A stretch of DNA of 64,000 nt from assembly GCA_963532835.1 (NCBI GenBank), contig CAUSLL010000002.1, forward strand, positions 95 through 64,094, given 5' to 3'. The notes below the pieces were generated by a model. The model did no database searches. It saw nothing but the letters and a program-made list of their open reading frames with translations, and was not told where the DNA came from. Numbering within the stretch: the first letter of the stretch is position 1; each line of letters starts with the position of its first letter. Origin of the DNA: an uncultured Candidatus Saccharibacteria bacterium. GTDB lineage: Bacteria > Patescibacteriota > Saccharimonadia > Saccharimonadales > Saccharimonadaceae. A program made the translations under genes and the position numbers. This document shows, one piece after another, positions 33,580-42,257 of this stretch.

Positions 33580-34506
33580 ATGGCTGTGTATAGAGTGCCC
33601 CAGGATGTGGAAGCAGAAGACAAGCTGCTTGGGCCATTCAGTTTTAAGCAATTTGTGTTTCTCATCATCGCGGTGGGCTTTTTTGGTATAGCGTGGGCGC
33701 TAGGAGTCGCCTTGTTACCATTAGCAATCATTCCTTTGCCATTTGGGGTGTTTTTCACCGTATTAGCGTTGCCACTACGTAAGGAACAGCCGATGGAAAT
33801 ATATATTGCGGCAGTGATATCATTTTTCTTAAAACCGCGCGTGCGGCTCTGGGAGCCAGACGGAGTAGAGACGCTGATAGAAGTGGTGGCACCAAAAACT
33901 AAGGAAGAGAACCTGAGTAAGAACTATGATCAACGAGAGATCCAGCGACGATTATCATATCTGGCAAACATCGTTGACACGCATGGTTGGTCGGTCCGCG
34001 GCGTCGGCAACCCAGAAGCAACGGGTAATTTAGATACCGCCAGTTCACTACAGGCTGATTTTTATAATACCGCTGTCCAGGCAGAGGAAGACATTTTAGA
34101 TCGGGATAACACTACTTCACGACAAATTGCTGATATGATCGCCGAGACAGACCAACAGCGGCGAGAACAACTGATGCAGCGCATGCAAAAACCTCAAACA
34201 CCAACGGCACAACAGCCGACTCAGCCAGCAGTTTTCATGGCAGCTCAAGAAGACACACCAAAACTAACCGTTAACCCGTACCCCCACATGCGTCAAGGTG
34301 TCCTGTCTCCGGCCGGGGAACGATCTACCGTCACGCCACCAACCGACCAAAATCAACCTATACAACAACCTGTTGACCCTGGTATAATAGATTTGGCAAA
34401 TAATCATTCCGATCTTTCCATAGCGACCCTACAAAAAGAAGCAGATCGGATACATAAACGCTCAGAGGAAACAGCTGAGGAGGAAGTGGTGATTTCACTA
34501 CGTTAG
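33580..34506 (+). CDS. PrgI/VirB3-like small membrane T4SS component with long P/Q-rich C-terminal extension
   Basis: 308 aa. N-terminus MAVYRVPQDVEAEDKLLGPFSFKQFVFLIIAVGFFGIAW plus a second TM matches the PrgI-family pattern (motif recalled from memory). It sits immediately upstream of the VirB4 genes. Confidence 0.6.
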   Translation: MAVYRVPQDVEAEDKLLGPFSFKQFVFLIIAVGFFGIAWALGVALLPLAIIPLPFGVFFTVLALPLRKEQPMEIYIAAVISFFLKPRVRLWEPDGVETLIEVVAPKTKEENLSKNYDQREIQRRLSYLANIVDTHGWSVRGVGNPEATGNLDTASSLQADFYNTAVQAEEDILDRDNTTSRQIADMIAETDQQRREQLMQRMQKPQTPTAQQPTQPAVFMAAQEDTPKLTVNPYPHMRQGVLSPAGERSTVTPPTDQNQPIQQPVDPGIIDLANNHSDLSIATLQKEADRIHKRSEETAEEEVVISLR

Positions 34507-34513
34507 GTGGGAA

Positions 34514-35428
34514 ATGCAACCAGATAATCAACAACCATATCAGTTACCACCCAACCCGACGACACCGCCGGTTGTTTCTGGGCAGCCTAGTCAACCATTA
34601 CCGCCACAGCAGCCACAACCTGGTCAGCCAGCGTTGCCAATGCAGCCTGGTATAACTCAGCCAGGTCAGCCAGCTCCAAATCCACAGAATCCACCAGCTC
34701 CGAAAGACAAAAAGAGCGCCATCAGCACACAAAATACGTTATTGTTTTCAGAAATGCGTGAAAACATGATCATCATGAGTGATGGTAGTTTTCGTGCGGT
34801 GATAGAATGTCAGTCTATCAACTTTGATTTGATGAGTACTCGTGAGCGAGAAGCTATCGAATTTAGCTATCAAAACCTACTCAACTCGCTCTATTTTCCA
34901 GTTCAGATCCTAGTACGATCACAGCGTGTCGATATCGGTCCATACCTTGATCGATTGTCGCGCATTCGCCGCTCTCAAGATAATATGTTACTGAATGTGC
35001 TGATGGATGACTATATGAACTTCATCGAGGTGCTGTCACAAGAAGCGAACATTATGGATAAGCGATTTTTCATCGTGGTGCCATATTTCCCCGGCGGCGA
35101 TGTTAATGCCATGAAACAACAAGCAAAAGGTCTGTTTGATAGCTTCTTTAGTGGTAAAAAGGAAACATTGATCACTAGAATCGATCAACCAATGTATGAA
35201 AAAGCAAAAGATGAGATCAAAAACCGCATCGATACGGTGATGAACGGTTTATTTGCCATGGGTGTGAAGAGTTTACAACTTAACACCAGGCAGCTTGGAG
35301 AATTGTTCTATATCTCGTACAATCCTGATACTGCAGCACGTCAGCCATTAGTACGCAACCCAAATGATCTGACGACGACTTATATCCGCAAGGGAAATGG
35401 TGAGTCACCATATGGAGGAGATTTCTAA
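34514..35428 (+). CDS. T4SS-associated protein; candidate detached N-terminal domain of VirB4, with P/Q-rich head
   Basis: 304 aa. After 65 aa of P/Q repeats comes IMSDGSFRAVIECQSINFDLMSTREREAIEFSYQNLLNSLYFPVQILVRS, which resembles the N-terminus of Gram-positive VirB4 ATPases (from memory). Its stop overlaps the VirB4 ATG (TAATG). Confidence 0.45.
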   Translation: MQPDNQQPYQLPPNPTTPPVVSGQPSQPLPPQQPQPGQPALPMQPGITQPGQPAPNPQNPPAPKDKKSAISTQNTLLFSEMRENMIIMSDGSFRAVIECQSINFDLMSTREREAIEFSYQNLLNSLYFPVQILVRSQRVDIGPYLDRLSRIRRSQDNMLLNVLMDDYMNFIEVLSQEANIMDKRFFIVVPYFPGGDVNAMKQQAKGLFDSFFSGKKETLITRIDQPMYEKAKDEIKNRIDTVMNGLFAMGVKSLQLNTRQLGELFYISYNPDTAARQPLVRNPNDLTTTYIRKGNGESPYGGDF

Positions 35429-37266
35429 TGGCTAAGAAAAAATTAGACGCCATCGATATCGCCGCTCAACAGCGTGCTCGCGAACAAGCCGAAGTCGAGC
35501 AAGCCTTCTTGACCGGCGTGAGAACTTTGCGCGATTTCATCGCCCCAAGTAGTGTGGAAATTCAAGCGAGCTATTTCCGACTGGGCGCCAAGTATGGCCG
35601 CACTATTTATGTCTATGGTTATCCTCGTGAAATTTACACTGGTTGGCTGAGTTCGGTGATTAATATCGACGAGGTGTTGGATATTAGTATGTTCATCTAC
35701 CCGGTTGATACTCAGGTGGTGCTGAACAATTTGCGTAAAAAAGTGACTCAGCTGGAAGCTAGTATGAACATCAACGCAGAGAAGGGACGTGTGCGTGACC
35801 CGGCCATGGAAGCTGCCTTGCAGGACGCCGAAGAGCTGCGTAATCAGCTGCAAATTGGGTCAGAAAAATTCTTCCGTTACGGATTATATGTGACGATTTA
35901 TGCCGACAGCCTTGATGAGCTGAATTTTATTCAGCATAAAATTGAAACTATCTTTGGTCAGCAGCTTATCTTTAGTAAAGTAGCGTCAAACCAGCAAGAA
36001 CAGGGACTAAACAGCACCATTCCTCAGTTGATGGATCAATTACAGATTCGCCGCAACATGAACACTGGTGCCATCTCCACTAGCTTCCCATTCACATCTG
36101 CCGACCTAACTGATGGCAAAGGTGTGCTGTATGGCATCAATATGCACAACAATGGTTTGGTGATCTTTGACCGATTTTCTCTAGAAAACGCCAACATGGT
36201 GGTGTTTGCAAAGTCTGGTGCTGGTAAGTCATTTACCGTGAAGCTGGAAGCACTGCGTAGTATGATGATTGGTGCTGACATCGTTATCATTGACCCGGAA
36301 AATGAATACCAAAAGCTATGTGACGCCGTTGGCGGTAGTCATATACGCCTGAGTTTAAACAGTGACACACGCATCAATCCGTTTGATTTGCCACGAGTGA
36401 TCGACACCGAAGAAGCCGACGACGCATTACGCGCCAACTTGGTTACACTGCACGGTTTACTGCGTCAAATGTTGGGTGGTTCAGTGGCTGGTTCTATCGG
36501 ACTAACCGCAGCAGAGGAAGCAGATATCGACCAGGCATTGATCGACACCTACGCTCGTGTTGGTATCACATCAGATCCATTGACCCACAATTCAACACCG
36601 CCAACCATTCATGATTTGTATGATACATTGCTGCACATGGGTGGCACTGGTCCACAGTTAGCACAGCGTCTGCGTAAATTTACCTCAGGTACCTTTGCTG
36701 GTATTTTCAGTCAGCAGAGTAATATCGATATCAATAACGCCATGGTGGTCTTTAATATCCGAGACCTAGAAGACGAACTGCGCCCAACGGCTATGTATAT
36801 TGTACTAAATCACATCTGGAACATCACTCGAACTGATCAAAGAAAGCGTATGTTGATCGTTGATGAGGCGTGGCAGTTGATGAAATATGAAGACTCAGCT
36901 AGCTTCTTATTTAGCCTGGCGAAGCGAGCCCGAAAATATCAACTAGGACTTACCACCATCACCCAGGACGTCGAGGACTTTGTCGGTAGTAAAATGGGTC
37001 GCGCCATCGTCGCCAACTCATCCATGCAGCTACTCCTTAAACAATCCTCAAGTGCCGTTGATGTGCTTTCCAGTGTGTTTAAATTAACTGAGGAAGAACA
37101 AAAACGCCTGGCGAATTTCCCAGTTGGGCAGGGTTTGTTCTTTGCTGGACAAAACCACGTACACATCCAAATTCAAGCCAGCGACACCGAGTACGATCTG
37201 ATCAATACCTCACCGACGAAGCAACTTCCATCTGAAACACCAATTGGTGGGTATGGAGCAGTATAA
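35428..37266 (+). CDS. virB4: VirB4-family T4SS ATPase
   Basis: 612 aa. Walker A FAKSGAGKSFT and Walker B MLIVDEAWQL. N-terminal IAPSSVEIQASYFRLGAKYGRTIYVYGYPREIYTGWL is typical of Gram-positive VirB4 (PrgJ/TcpF-like). Confidence 0.85.
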   Translation: MAKKKLDAIDIAAQQRAREQAEVEQAFLTGVRTLRDFIAPSSVEIQASYFRLGAKYGRTIYVYGYPREIYTGWLSSVINIDEVLDISMFIYPVDTQVVLNNLRKKVTQLEASMNINAEKGRVRDPAMEAALQDAEELRNQLQIGSEKFFRYGLYVTIYADSLDELNFIQHKIETIFGQQLIFSKVASNQQEQGLNSTIPQLMDQLQIRRNMNTGAISTSFPFTSADLTDGKGVLYGINMHNNGLVIFDRFSLENANMVVFAKSGAGKSFTVKLEALRSMMIGADIVIIDPENEYQKLCDAVGGSHIRLSLNSDTRINPFDLPRVIDTEEADDALRANLVTLHGLLRQMLGGSVAGSIGLTAAEEADIDQALIDTYARVGITSDPLTHNSTPPTIHDLYDTLLHMGGTGPQLAQRLRKFTSGTFAGIFSQQSNIDINNAMVVFNIRDLEDELRPTAMYIVLNHIWNITRTDQRKRMLIVDEAWQLMKYEDSASFLFSLAKRARKYQLGLTTITQDVEDFVGSKMGRAIVANSSMQLLLKQSSSAVDVLSSVFKLTEEEQKRLANFPVGQGLFFAGQNHVHIQIQASDTEYDLINTSPTKQLPSETPIGGYGAV

Positions 37267-37268
37267 TC

Positions 37269-40200
37269 ATGGCGCGGATTGATTATACGACCGATCCAGA
37301 TGTTGATGAACGGCTCAATCCAGCCTCTGAACAAACGTCTAAATATCTAAATTCTATGGAAAATAATGCCGCCAATGATAATTTTTATGATGGCGACAAA
37401 AAAGACGATGGACTCAACGCCGCGAACAGTGTTAACAATCAAGAGCAGCTATATTCTCGGTCTCCTTTGGGTAAGGCTGGCGGTAAAAAGCGCGGCAACC
37501 TCTTGGCGAATATGACTCGCAAAAAATGGGGTGCCACAGCCGGCATCGGTGGAGGATTATTTGGCTTAATGATGTTATTTTTCACAATTTTGCCATATAA
37601 GCTTGATGCCATGGTCTCCACCATCACCGACCAGCTCAGCTCTGTGCCACAACACGCCATTAACCAACGGCTAGAATATATTACCACACGCTGGGTTGCC
37701 ATGAAAATGATGCAAACCGCATATCCTGGTGACGCAAACATCGTATTTTGTGCTGGCGGTGGTGTGTTGTGTCACTTAGGAGCCACAAAGTACAGTACCT
37801 GGTTTGAGGAACAGCTTGACGCTAAGTTTGAACAAGAAGGAAGAAAGGTTAAAGTTGTGTTTAATGCCAGTGGGCGAAATACCTTGGGCGGTAAGGCAAC
37901 ATCATTTTCTATGCATCTTGAGTCAAAAGATATGGACTCTGTTTTAAAGGGGGTAGAGAAAGAACTATCTCACAAAGATATGCGTCGTCATATAAAAAAG
38001 ATGACACGTAAGGTTCACGGACGTAACTATTTCATGCGCTATCTATCTAAACGTGTATTGTACCGAAAATACGGGGTGAAAAAGTTTAACATCATACCAG
38101 AAAAAGCTGGTCAGAAATATGCTGACTTTAAGGCTAAGATCAAGCTAAATATGAATACCCGCATCACTGCCAAAATGTCGCCTCGCTTTGCGGCATATTT
38201 GGGATGTTTAGACGGTACTGATGCCAAAAAATGCCAGGACACGTTGGATAAACTAAATAATGACCTTGACAGTAAGATTAGTGAGGCAGAGAAAGAGGCT
38301 GAAAAAGCGACAGGCGACAATAAGACAAAAGCTGATGAAAAGGTGAAGAAAGTTAAAGGCCAAAAAGAAGCTCTTAATAATATCGACTCTCTATCCAAAG
38401 CAGCACCGGACACACCACTAGGTAAAATTATCAGTAAACAACTGTTTAAGAAAATAGCAGCTGCCAATGCCATCATTGGAGCCATTGACCTTGTTGCAAA
38501 AATCGTGGGAGCGGTTGACCAAAAAATTATTGAGATTGTTGGGGCTGACCAAAAGAAGCAATTATACACCGCTTTCACTTACGACGAAGAGGCTAGCCCA
38601 GTCTTAACCCGAGACCAAATCCGTGCCGGAACAATCGACAATATTCAACATGTTGAGTTAGCAACCTCACTGTTTGACGGCGCCGAATCAGCACCAATAT
38701 TTCAAGCGACGTTTGGCGGTAACAACACCGCAGTGTCACTACTATATCCAACCGCTTACGCCGAGGATGGTGGTATTCGCACCAAATGTGACGTTGGTGG
38801 TGAACAAAAGGTTGTTGCTTTGGATCCTGGTGAACTTGTCTGTCCAGAGAAAAAAATCGTCAAAGACTACACTACCTTTACGAAATATCCTGTTTGGCGA
38901 GTGCTAGCAGGAATTGCCGAAGCCTGGAATAGCACCTTTGGTGCAATCATCGACTTTGTTGGCGACACAGTCGGCAAGGTATTCAGTTGGTTCTTTAGTT
39001 ATCTACAGGAGTTGCCAGGTTTGAAGCAGCTTGTTGAACTTTCGGAAGGTTTGATTGAAAAAGCCATGGGCTGGGCAGTAAGTCTACTCTTTGGTATACC
39101 AGAGGTAGGAGTTGATGCTCCAGGTAATAATAACTTTGAGGCTCTCCATGGTGGACTCACAACAACCATGCAAAGCAGCACTGAAGCTGGGCAGGCTGGG
39201 GCTGATTCAGGCTCCAAACAGCCAGATGGAATTGGAGGAGCGCGATTAACCAACCAGCAGGTTAGTGTACTGGCAAAACAAATTGAGCAGGAGCGCGACG
39301 AAGAATTCCGTGAACAACCATTGATGGCAAAATTGTTCGACCCAACGCTCAAACGCTCAGTGGCTGGACAATTACTCGCCGTCATGCCAACGTCTGGATT
39401 TTCGACCGCGCGACTACTTGCACGGGCACCAATTGCCCTAGCATATGCTGTCACGCCAACCAACACGCATGCCGCCAAATATGACCAAGCAGCCGTCATG
39501 CGAGCTTTCGGTGTAACTTGGCATGGTTTTACTGACGAAGCAGTCTATAAAGCCGACCCAAGTCAATACACCGACAACGTCTGTTCAGCCAAAGCCAAGG
39601 CGCGTGAAGAAAGCTACGGAATTCACGAAGGTGACTTAGTTCCAACATATAGTGTAGCTGACCCATGCGCACTGGAATTAACAGTGGCTGGTAACCTGGC
39701 GCTAATGGCCGACGACAAGGAAGGTAAATATTATCCAAAGGAAATTGATGACCCATCAGCTAACACCGGGGCGCAACAGCCAAGTAGCGGACCAGTTGGA
39801 GACGCCATTGGCCCACCAGAACTTGAAGAAGCACAAACCTTTGGCGCTGAGCCCGCATCATGGGGTGGACATAGAAATGGTGAGATTCCGCTGTCAGCCA
39901 TGAGTGAGCTAAAAACCGCGCCAGGTCACTATATGCATCCAAAGGCCGCTCAAGCCTTTGACGCGATGAATGAAGCGTACGCCCAGGAACACGGTGGTCA
40001 ACATATGACCATTACTGAATCATACCGAACTCTAGCGACTCAACAGGATTACTTTTCAAGTGGTATAACACAAGCAACTCCAGGAACCTCAAAACATGGT
40101 CATGGACTAGCCTTGGATATTAATGTTGGTGGCTCTAGTTTTAATACACCAATCTACCTATGGCTAGCCGCCAATGCTTCAAAATACGGCTTCGTCAACC

Positions 40201-40283
40201 CACCATGGGCAAGGGATCGCAATAATCCTGGTTGGTATAAAGATGAACCATGGCACTGGGACTACGCAAGGAGAGTACAATGA
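37269..40283 (+). CDS. membrane-anchored T4SS-associated protein with C-terminal M15 (VanY/D-Ala-D-Ala carboxypeptidase-type) peptidoglycan peptidase domain
   Basis: 1004 aa with a single TM (aa ~88-110) and a large extracytoplasmic region with a K/E-rich, probably helical segment. C-terminal LAS-type zinc motifs SKHGHGLALDI and DEPWHWDY. Confidence 0.7.
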   Translation: MARIDYTTDPDVDERLNPASEQTSKYLNSMENNAANDNFYDGDKKDDGLNAANSVNNQEQLYSRSPLGKAGGKKRGNLLANMTRKKWGATAGIGGGLFGLMMLFFTILPYKLDAMVSTITDQLSSVPQHAINQRLEYITTRWVAMKMMQTAYPGDANIVFCAGGGVLCHLGATKYSTWFEEQLDAKFEQEGRKVKVVFNASGRNTLGGKATSFSMHLESKDMDSVLKGVEKELSHKDMRRHIKKMTRKVHGRNYFMRYLSKRVLYRKYGVKKFNIIPEKAGQKYADFKAKIKLNMNTRITAKMSPRFAAYLGCLDGTDAKKCQDTLDKLNNDLDSKISEAEKEAEKATGDNKTKADEKVKKVKGQKEALNNIDSLSKAAPDTPLGKIISKQLFKKIAAANAIIGAIDLVAKIVGAVDQKIIEIVGADQKKQLYTAFTYDEEASPVLTRDQIRAGTIDNIQHVELATSLFDGAESAPIFQATFGGNNTAVSLLYPTAYAEDGGIRTKCDVGGEQKVVALDPGELVCPEKKIVKDYTTFTKYPVWRVLAGIAEAWNSTFGAIIDFVGDTVGKVFSWFFSYLQELPGLKQLVELSEGLIEKAMGWAVSLLFGIPEVGVDAPGNNNFEALHGGLTTTMQSSTEAGQAGADSGSKQPDGIGGARLTNQQVSVLAKQIEQERDEEFREQPLMAKLFDPTLKRSVAGQLLAVMPTSGFSTARLLARAPIALAYAVTPTNTHAAKYDQAAVMRAFGVTWHGFTDEAVYKADPSQYTDNVCSAKAKAREESYGIHEGDLVPTYSVADPCALELTVAGNLALMADDKEGKYYPKEIDDPSANTGAQQPSSGPVGDAIGPPELEEAQTFGAEPASWGGHRNGEIPLSAMSELKTAPGHYMHPKAAQAFDAMNEAYAQEHGGQHMTITESYRTLATQQDYFSSGITQATPGTSKHGHGLALDINVGGSSFNTPIYLWLAANASKYGFVNPPWARDRNNPGWYKDEPWHWDYARRVQ

Positions 40284-41515
40284 AACGAGTAAGTATCGGT
40301 CTACTGTTGGCTTTGGCGGGCTGTATCATATTTTTGACCGCAAATTCTTCAGCAGCACCAGAAAAAGATAAAAAAGAAGAAAAGAAGAATCAGCCAGCTG
40401 GCATCCCTTACCAAGATTATATTAAAAACGACATTAATATTACCAATCCAAATAGCCAAATCTGCTCAACCCAAAACACCGCAACTGGTGAACTTTCTGG
40501 CGAAAATGTAGAAAAGGTTCTTAAATTCTTTACCGGTAAGGGCCTAACTTTAGTACAAGCAGCAGCTGTGGCTGGTAACCTCCAACAGGAGTCTCGCATT
40601 GATCCAAGTGCACTCAACAGCATCGGTGCGTATGGTATTGCTCAGTGGTTAGGTGGACGCCGCACCAACCTAGAGAAGAAGCCAAATTACAGTACCATCG
40701 AGGGGCAGCTAGAATACCTCTGGGAGGAGCTAAACGGAGCAGAGAATGCTGGTCTAAAGGTGCTACTGAAACACACTGACAAATCAGGTAGTGGTGTCAG
40801 CGCTTTGGCGGTTGAGTTTGGTGAAACATTTGAGCGCTATGGCCCAAATGAAGAAGGTAACCGTGCCCAGTATGCTTCTGAAATTTTCAACAGTTATAAG
40901 GGTAAAATCCAAGACGGTGATCCATCAAAAATTACGCCAAGTGCTGGTGGTGATTCGGGCGGTGCACAGGTTAGTTCAGCATCAGCAACTGGTTGTAGTG
41001 GTGATGGGTCAAGCGTCGCCGGACAAAGTATTGTCGACACAGTTAAACAATTAGCATGGAATCCAAACACTGATAAAGGAGCTAATAACCACACGGCTAA
41101 AGCTGAATATATCGATGCAGTCAAAAAAAATAACCCGAGTGTTGTCGGTAGTTCAGACACTGACTGCGGTCGATTTGTAGCGACGGTGATGCGTACTTCT
41201 GGTGCAGATAAAGATTATGAACCGATTGGCACTACAGCACAATATTCTTATGTAAAATCTCATCCAGAAAAATTCAAAATCATTGAGCGTCCATCTGCCT
41301 CAGACTTGCAGCCGGGTGATATCCTCTTACACCCAAGTAACGGTGGCTATGGTCACACGTTGATTTACACTGGCGACGTCGGCGGAGGGTATGTCGCTGC
41401 TAACGCCTCGCTTGATGATACGGTACCGATATTCATCAAGCAAGGGTCAGTTGATTACCAACTCAGCCAGGCAGGCAACATCTTAGTTCGCGTCATTCAA
41501 TCAAACAAAACCTAG
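40280..41515 (+). CDS. secreted bifunctional cell-wall hydrolase: phage-tail-lysozyme-like domain + NlpC/P60- or CHAP-like cysteine peptidase
   Basis: 411 aa from MKRVSIGLLLALAGC; the ATGA start overlaps the upstream stop. Motif AAAVAGNLQQESRIDPSALNSIGAYGIAQWLGGRR (lysozyme-like). C-terminal Cys/His pair DCGRFVATVM ... GYGHTLIYTG. Confidence 0.7.
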   Translation: MKRVSIGLLLALAGCIIFLTANSSAAPEKDKKEEKKNQPAGIPYQDYIKNDINITNPNSQICSTQNTATGELSGENVEKVLKFFTGKGLTLVQAAAVAGNLQQESRIDPSALNSIGAYGIAQWLGGRRTNLEKKPNYSTIEGQLEYLWEELNGAENAGLKVLLKHTDKSGSGVSALAVEFGETFERYGPNEEGNRAQYASEIFNSYKGKIQDGDPSKITPSAGGDSGGAQVSSASATGCSGDGSSVAGQSIVDTVKQLAWNPNTDKGANNHTAKAEYIDAVKKNNPSVVGSSDTDCGRFVATVMRTSGADKDYEPIGTTAQYSYVKSHPEKFKIIERPSASDLQPGDILLHPSNGGYGHTLIYTGDVGGGYVAANASLDDTVPIFIKQGSVDYQLSQAGNILVRVIQSNKT

Positions 41516-41527
41516 AAAGGAAATATC

Positions 41528-42256
41528 ATGCAGCCAGTCATTACTAAACAAAAAATTATTGGCGGTGCAGTGATCATCGGCGCGCTGCTTGTTGCTTTCA
41601 TTTCATACTATGTATTCCAAACCGTCACCCGCGATACCACACTGCTAGCAACCTTTGCGCCAGAAACTGTCAAAATGTCTTATGATTCAGTGAAAAACCA
41701 GACCATCACCTCTGATAAACCCGTAACGGTTAAAAGCGGTAAACATACTTTCAGTTTCAGTGCTGATGGCTATGAAACATATACTATTGTACTTGATCTG
41801 GAGAAGGGAAAAGAACGAAAACTGTTGTTTGCCCTGACGCCGAAGAGTGATAAAGCAAAAAATGAACTGAAGCAGAAAAAATATGCCAAAGTCTTGGATG
41901 GACTAGGCAGTCGACAAGTAAACAGGGTCGGTAAGGAAATTAATGAGGCTAATCCAATATTACAGCATCTACCATTTGAAGACAGAGATTACCGAGTTTT
42001 CTCATGTCAGCCGTATCGCACTGACATTAAGAAATCACATAGAATCGGTATCTGCATCACCATGGTCGGGCGCAACGGTGACGCGCTCCTCAGTCAAATA
42101 TTAGAACGACTTGCTAAGCTTGGCGCGACGCCAGATAACTACGACATGAAGATTAATAACTACATCATACCAACCAAGAAAGAAAAAGATAGTCGAGCCG
42201 CTGTACCGTGTGGCAATGGACAGCCATCGTGGTGCTACAAATTCCGTGATCGTTAA
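41528..42256 (+). CDS. single-pass membrane protein with beta-rich (PEGA-like) ectodomain; last gene of the T4SS-like block
   Basis: 242 aa with an N-terminal TM (IIGGAVIIGALLVAFISYYVF). The segment VTVKSGKHTFSFSADGYETYTIVLDLEKGKERKLLFAL is PEGA-like. Its stop is 1 nt from the dnaN stop. Confidence 0.5.
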   Translation: MQPVITKQKIIGGAVIIGALLVAFISYYVFQTVTRDTTLLATFAPETVKMSYDSVKNQTITSDKPVTVKSGKHTFSFSADGYETYTIVLDLEKGKERKLLFALTPKSDKAKNELKQKKYAKVLDGLGSRQVNRVGKEINEANPILQHLPFEDRDYRVFSCQPYRTDIKKSHRIGICITMVGRNGDALLSQILERLAKLGATPDNYDMKINNYIIPTKKEKDSRAAVPCGNGQPSWCYKFRDR

Positions 42257-42257
42257 G

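Noticed and set aside
26411-42073. T4SS block as an integrative element inserted at tRNA-Asp: GGTCGGGCGC from the tRNA 3' end (26411-26420) recurs at 42064-42073
   Set aside because: The match is exactly 10 nt, with mismatches on both flanks. About 0.1 such matches are expected by chance in a window this size. It lies inside the coding sequence of the last T4SS gene. No integrase, excisionase or relaxase is present, and the pilin genes lie on the other side of the tRNA.
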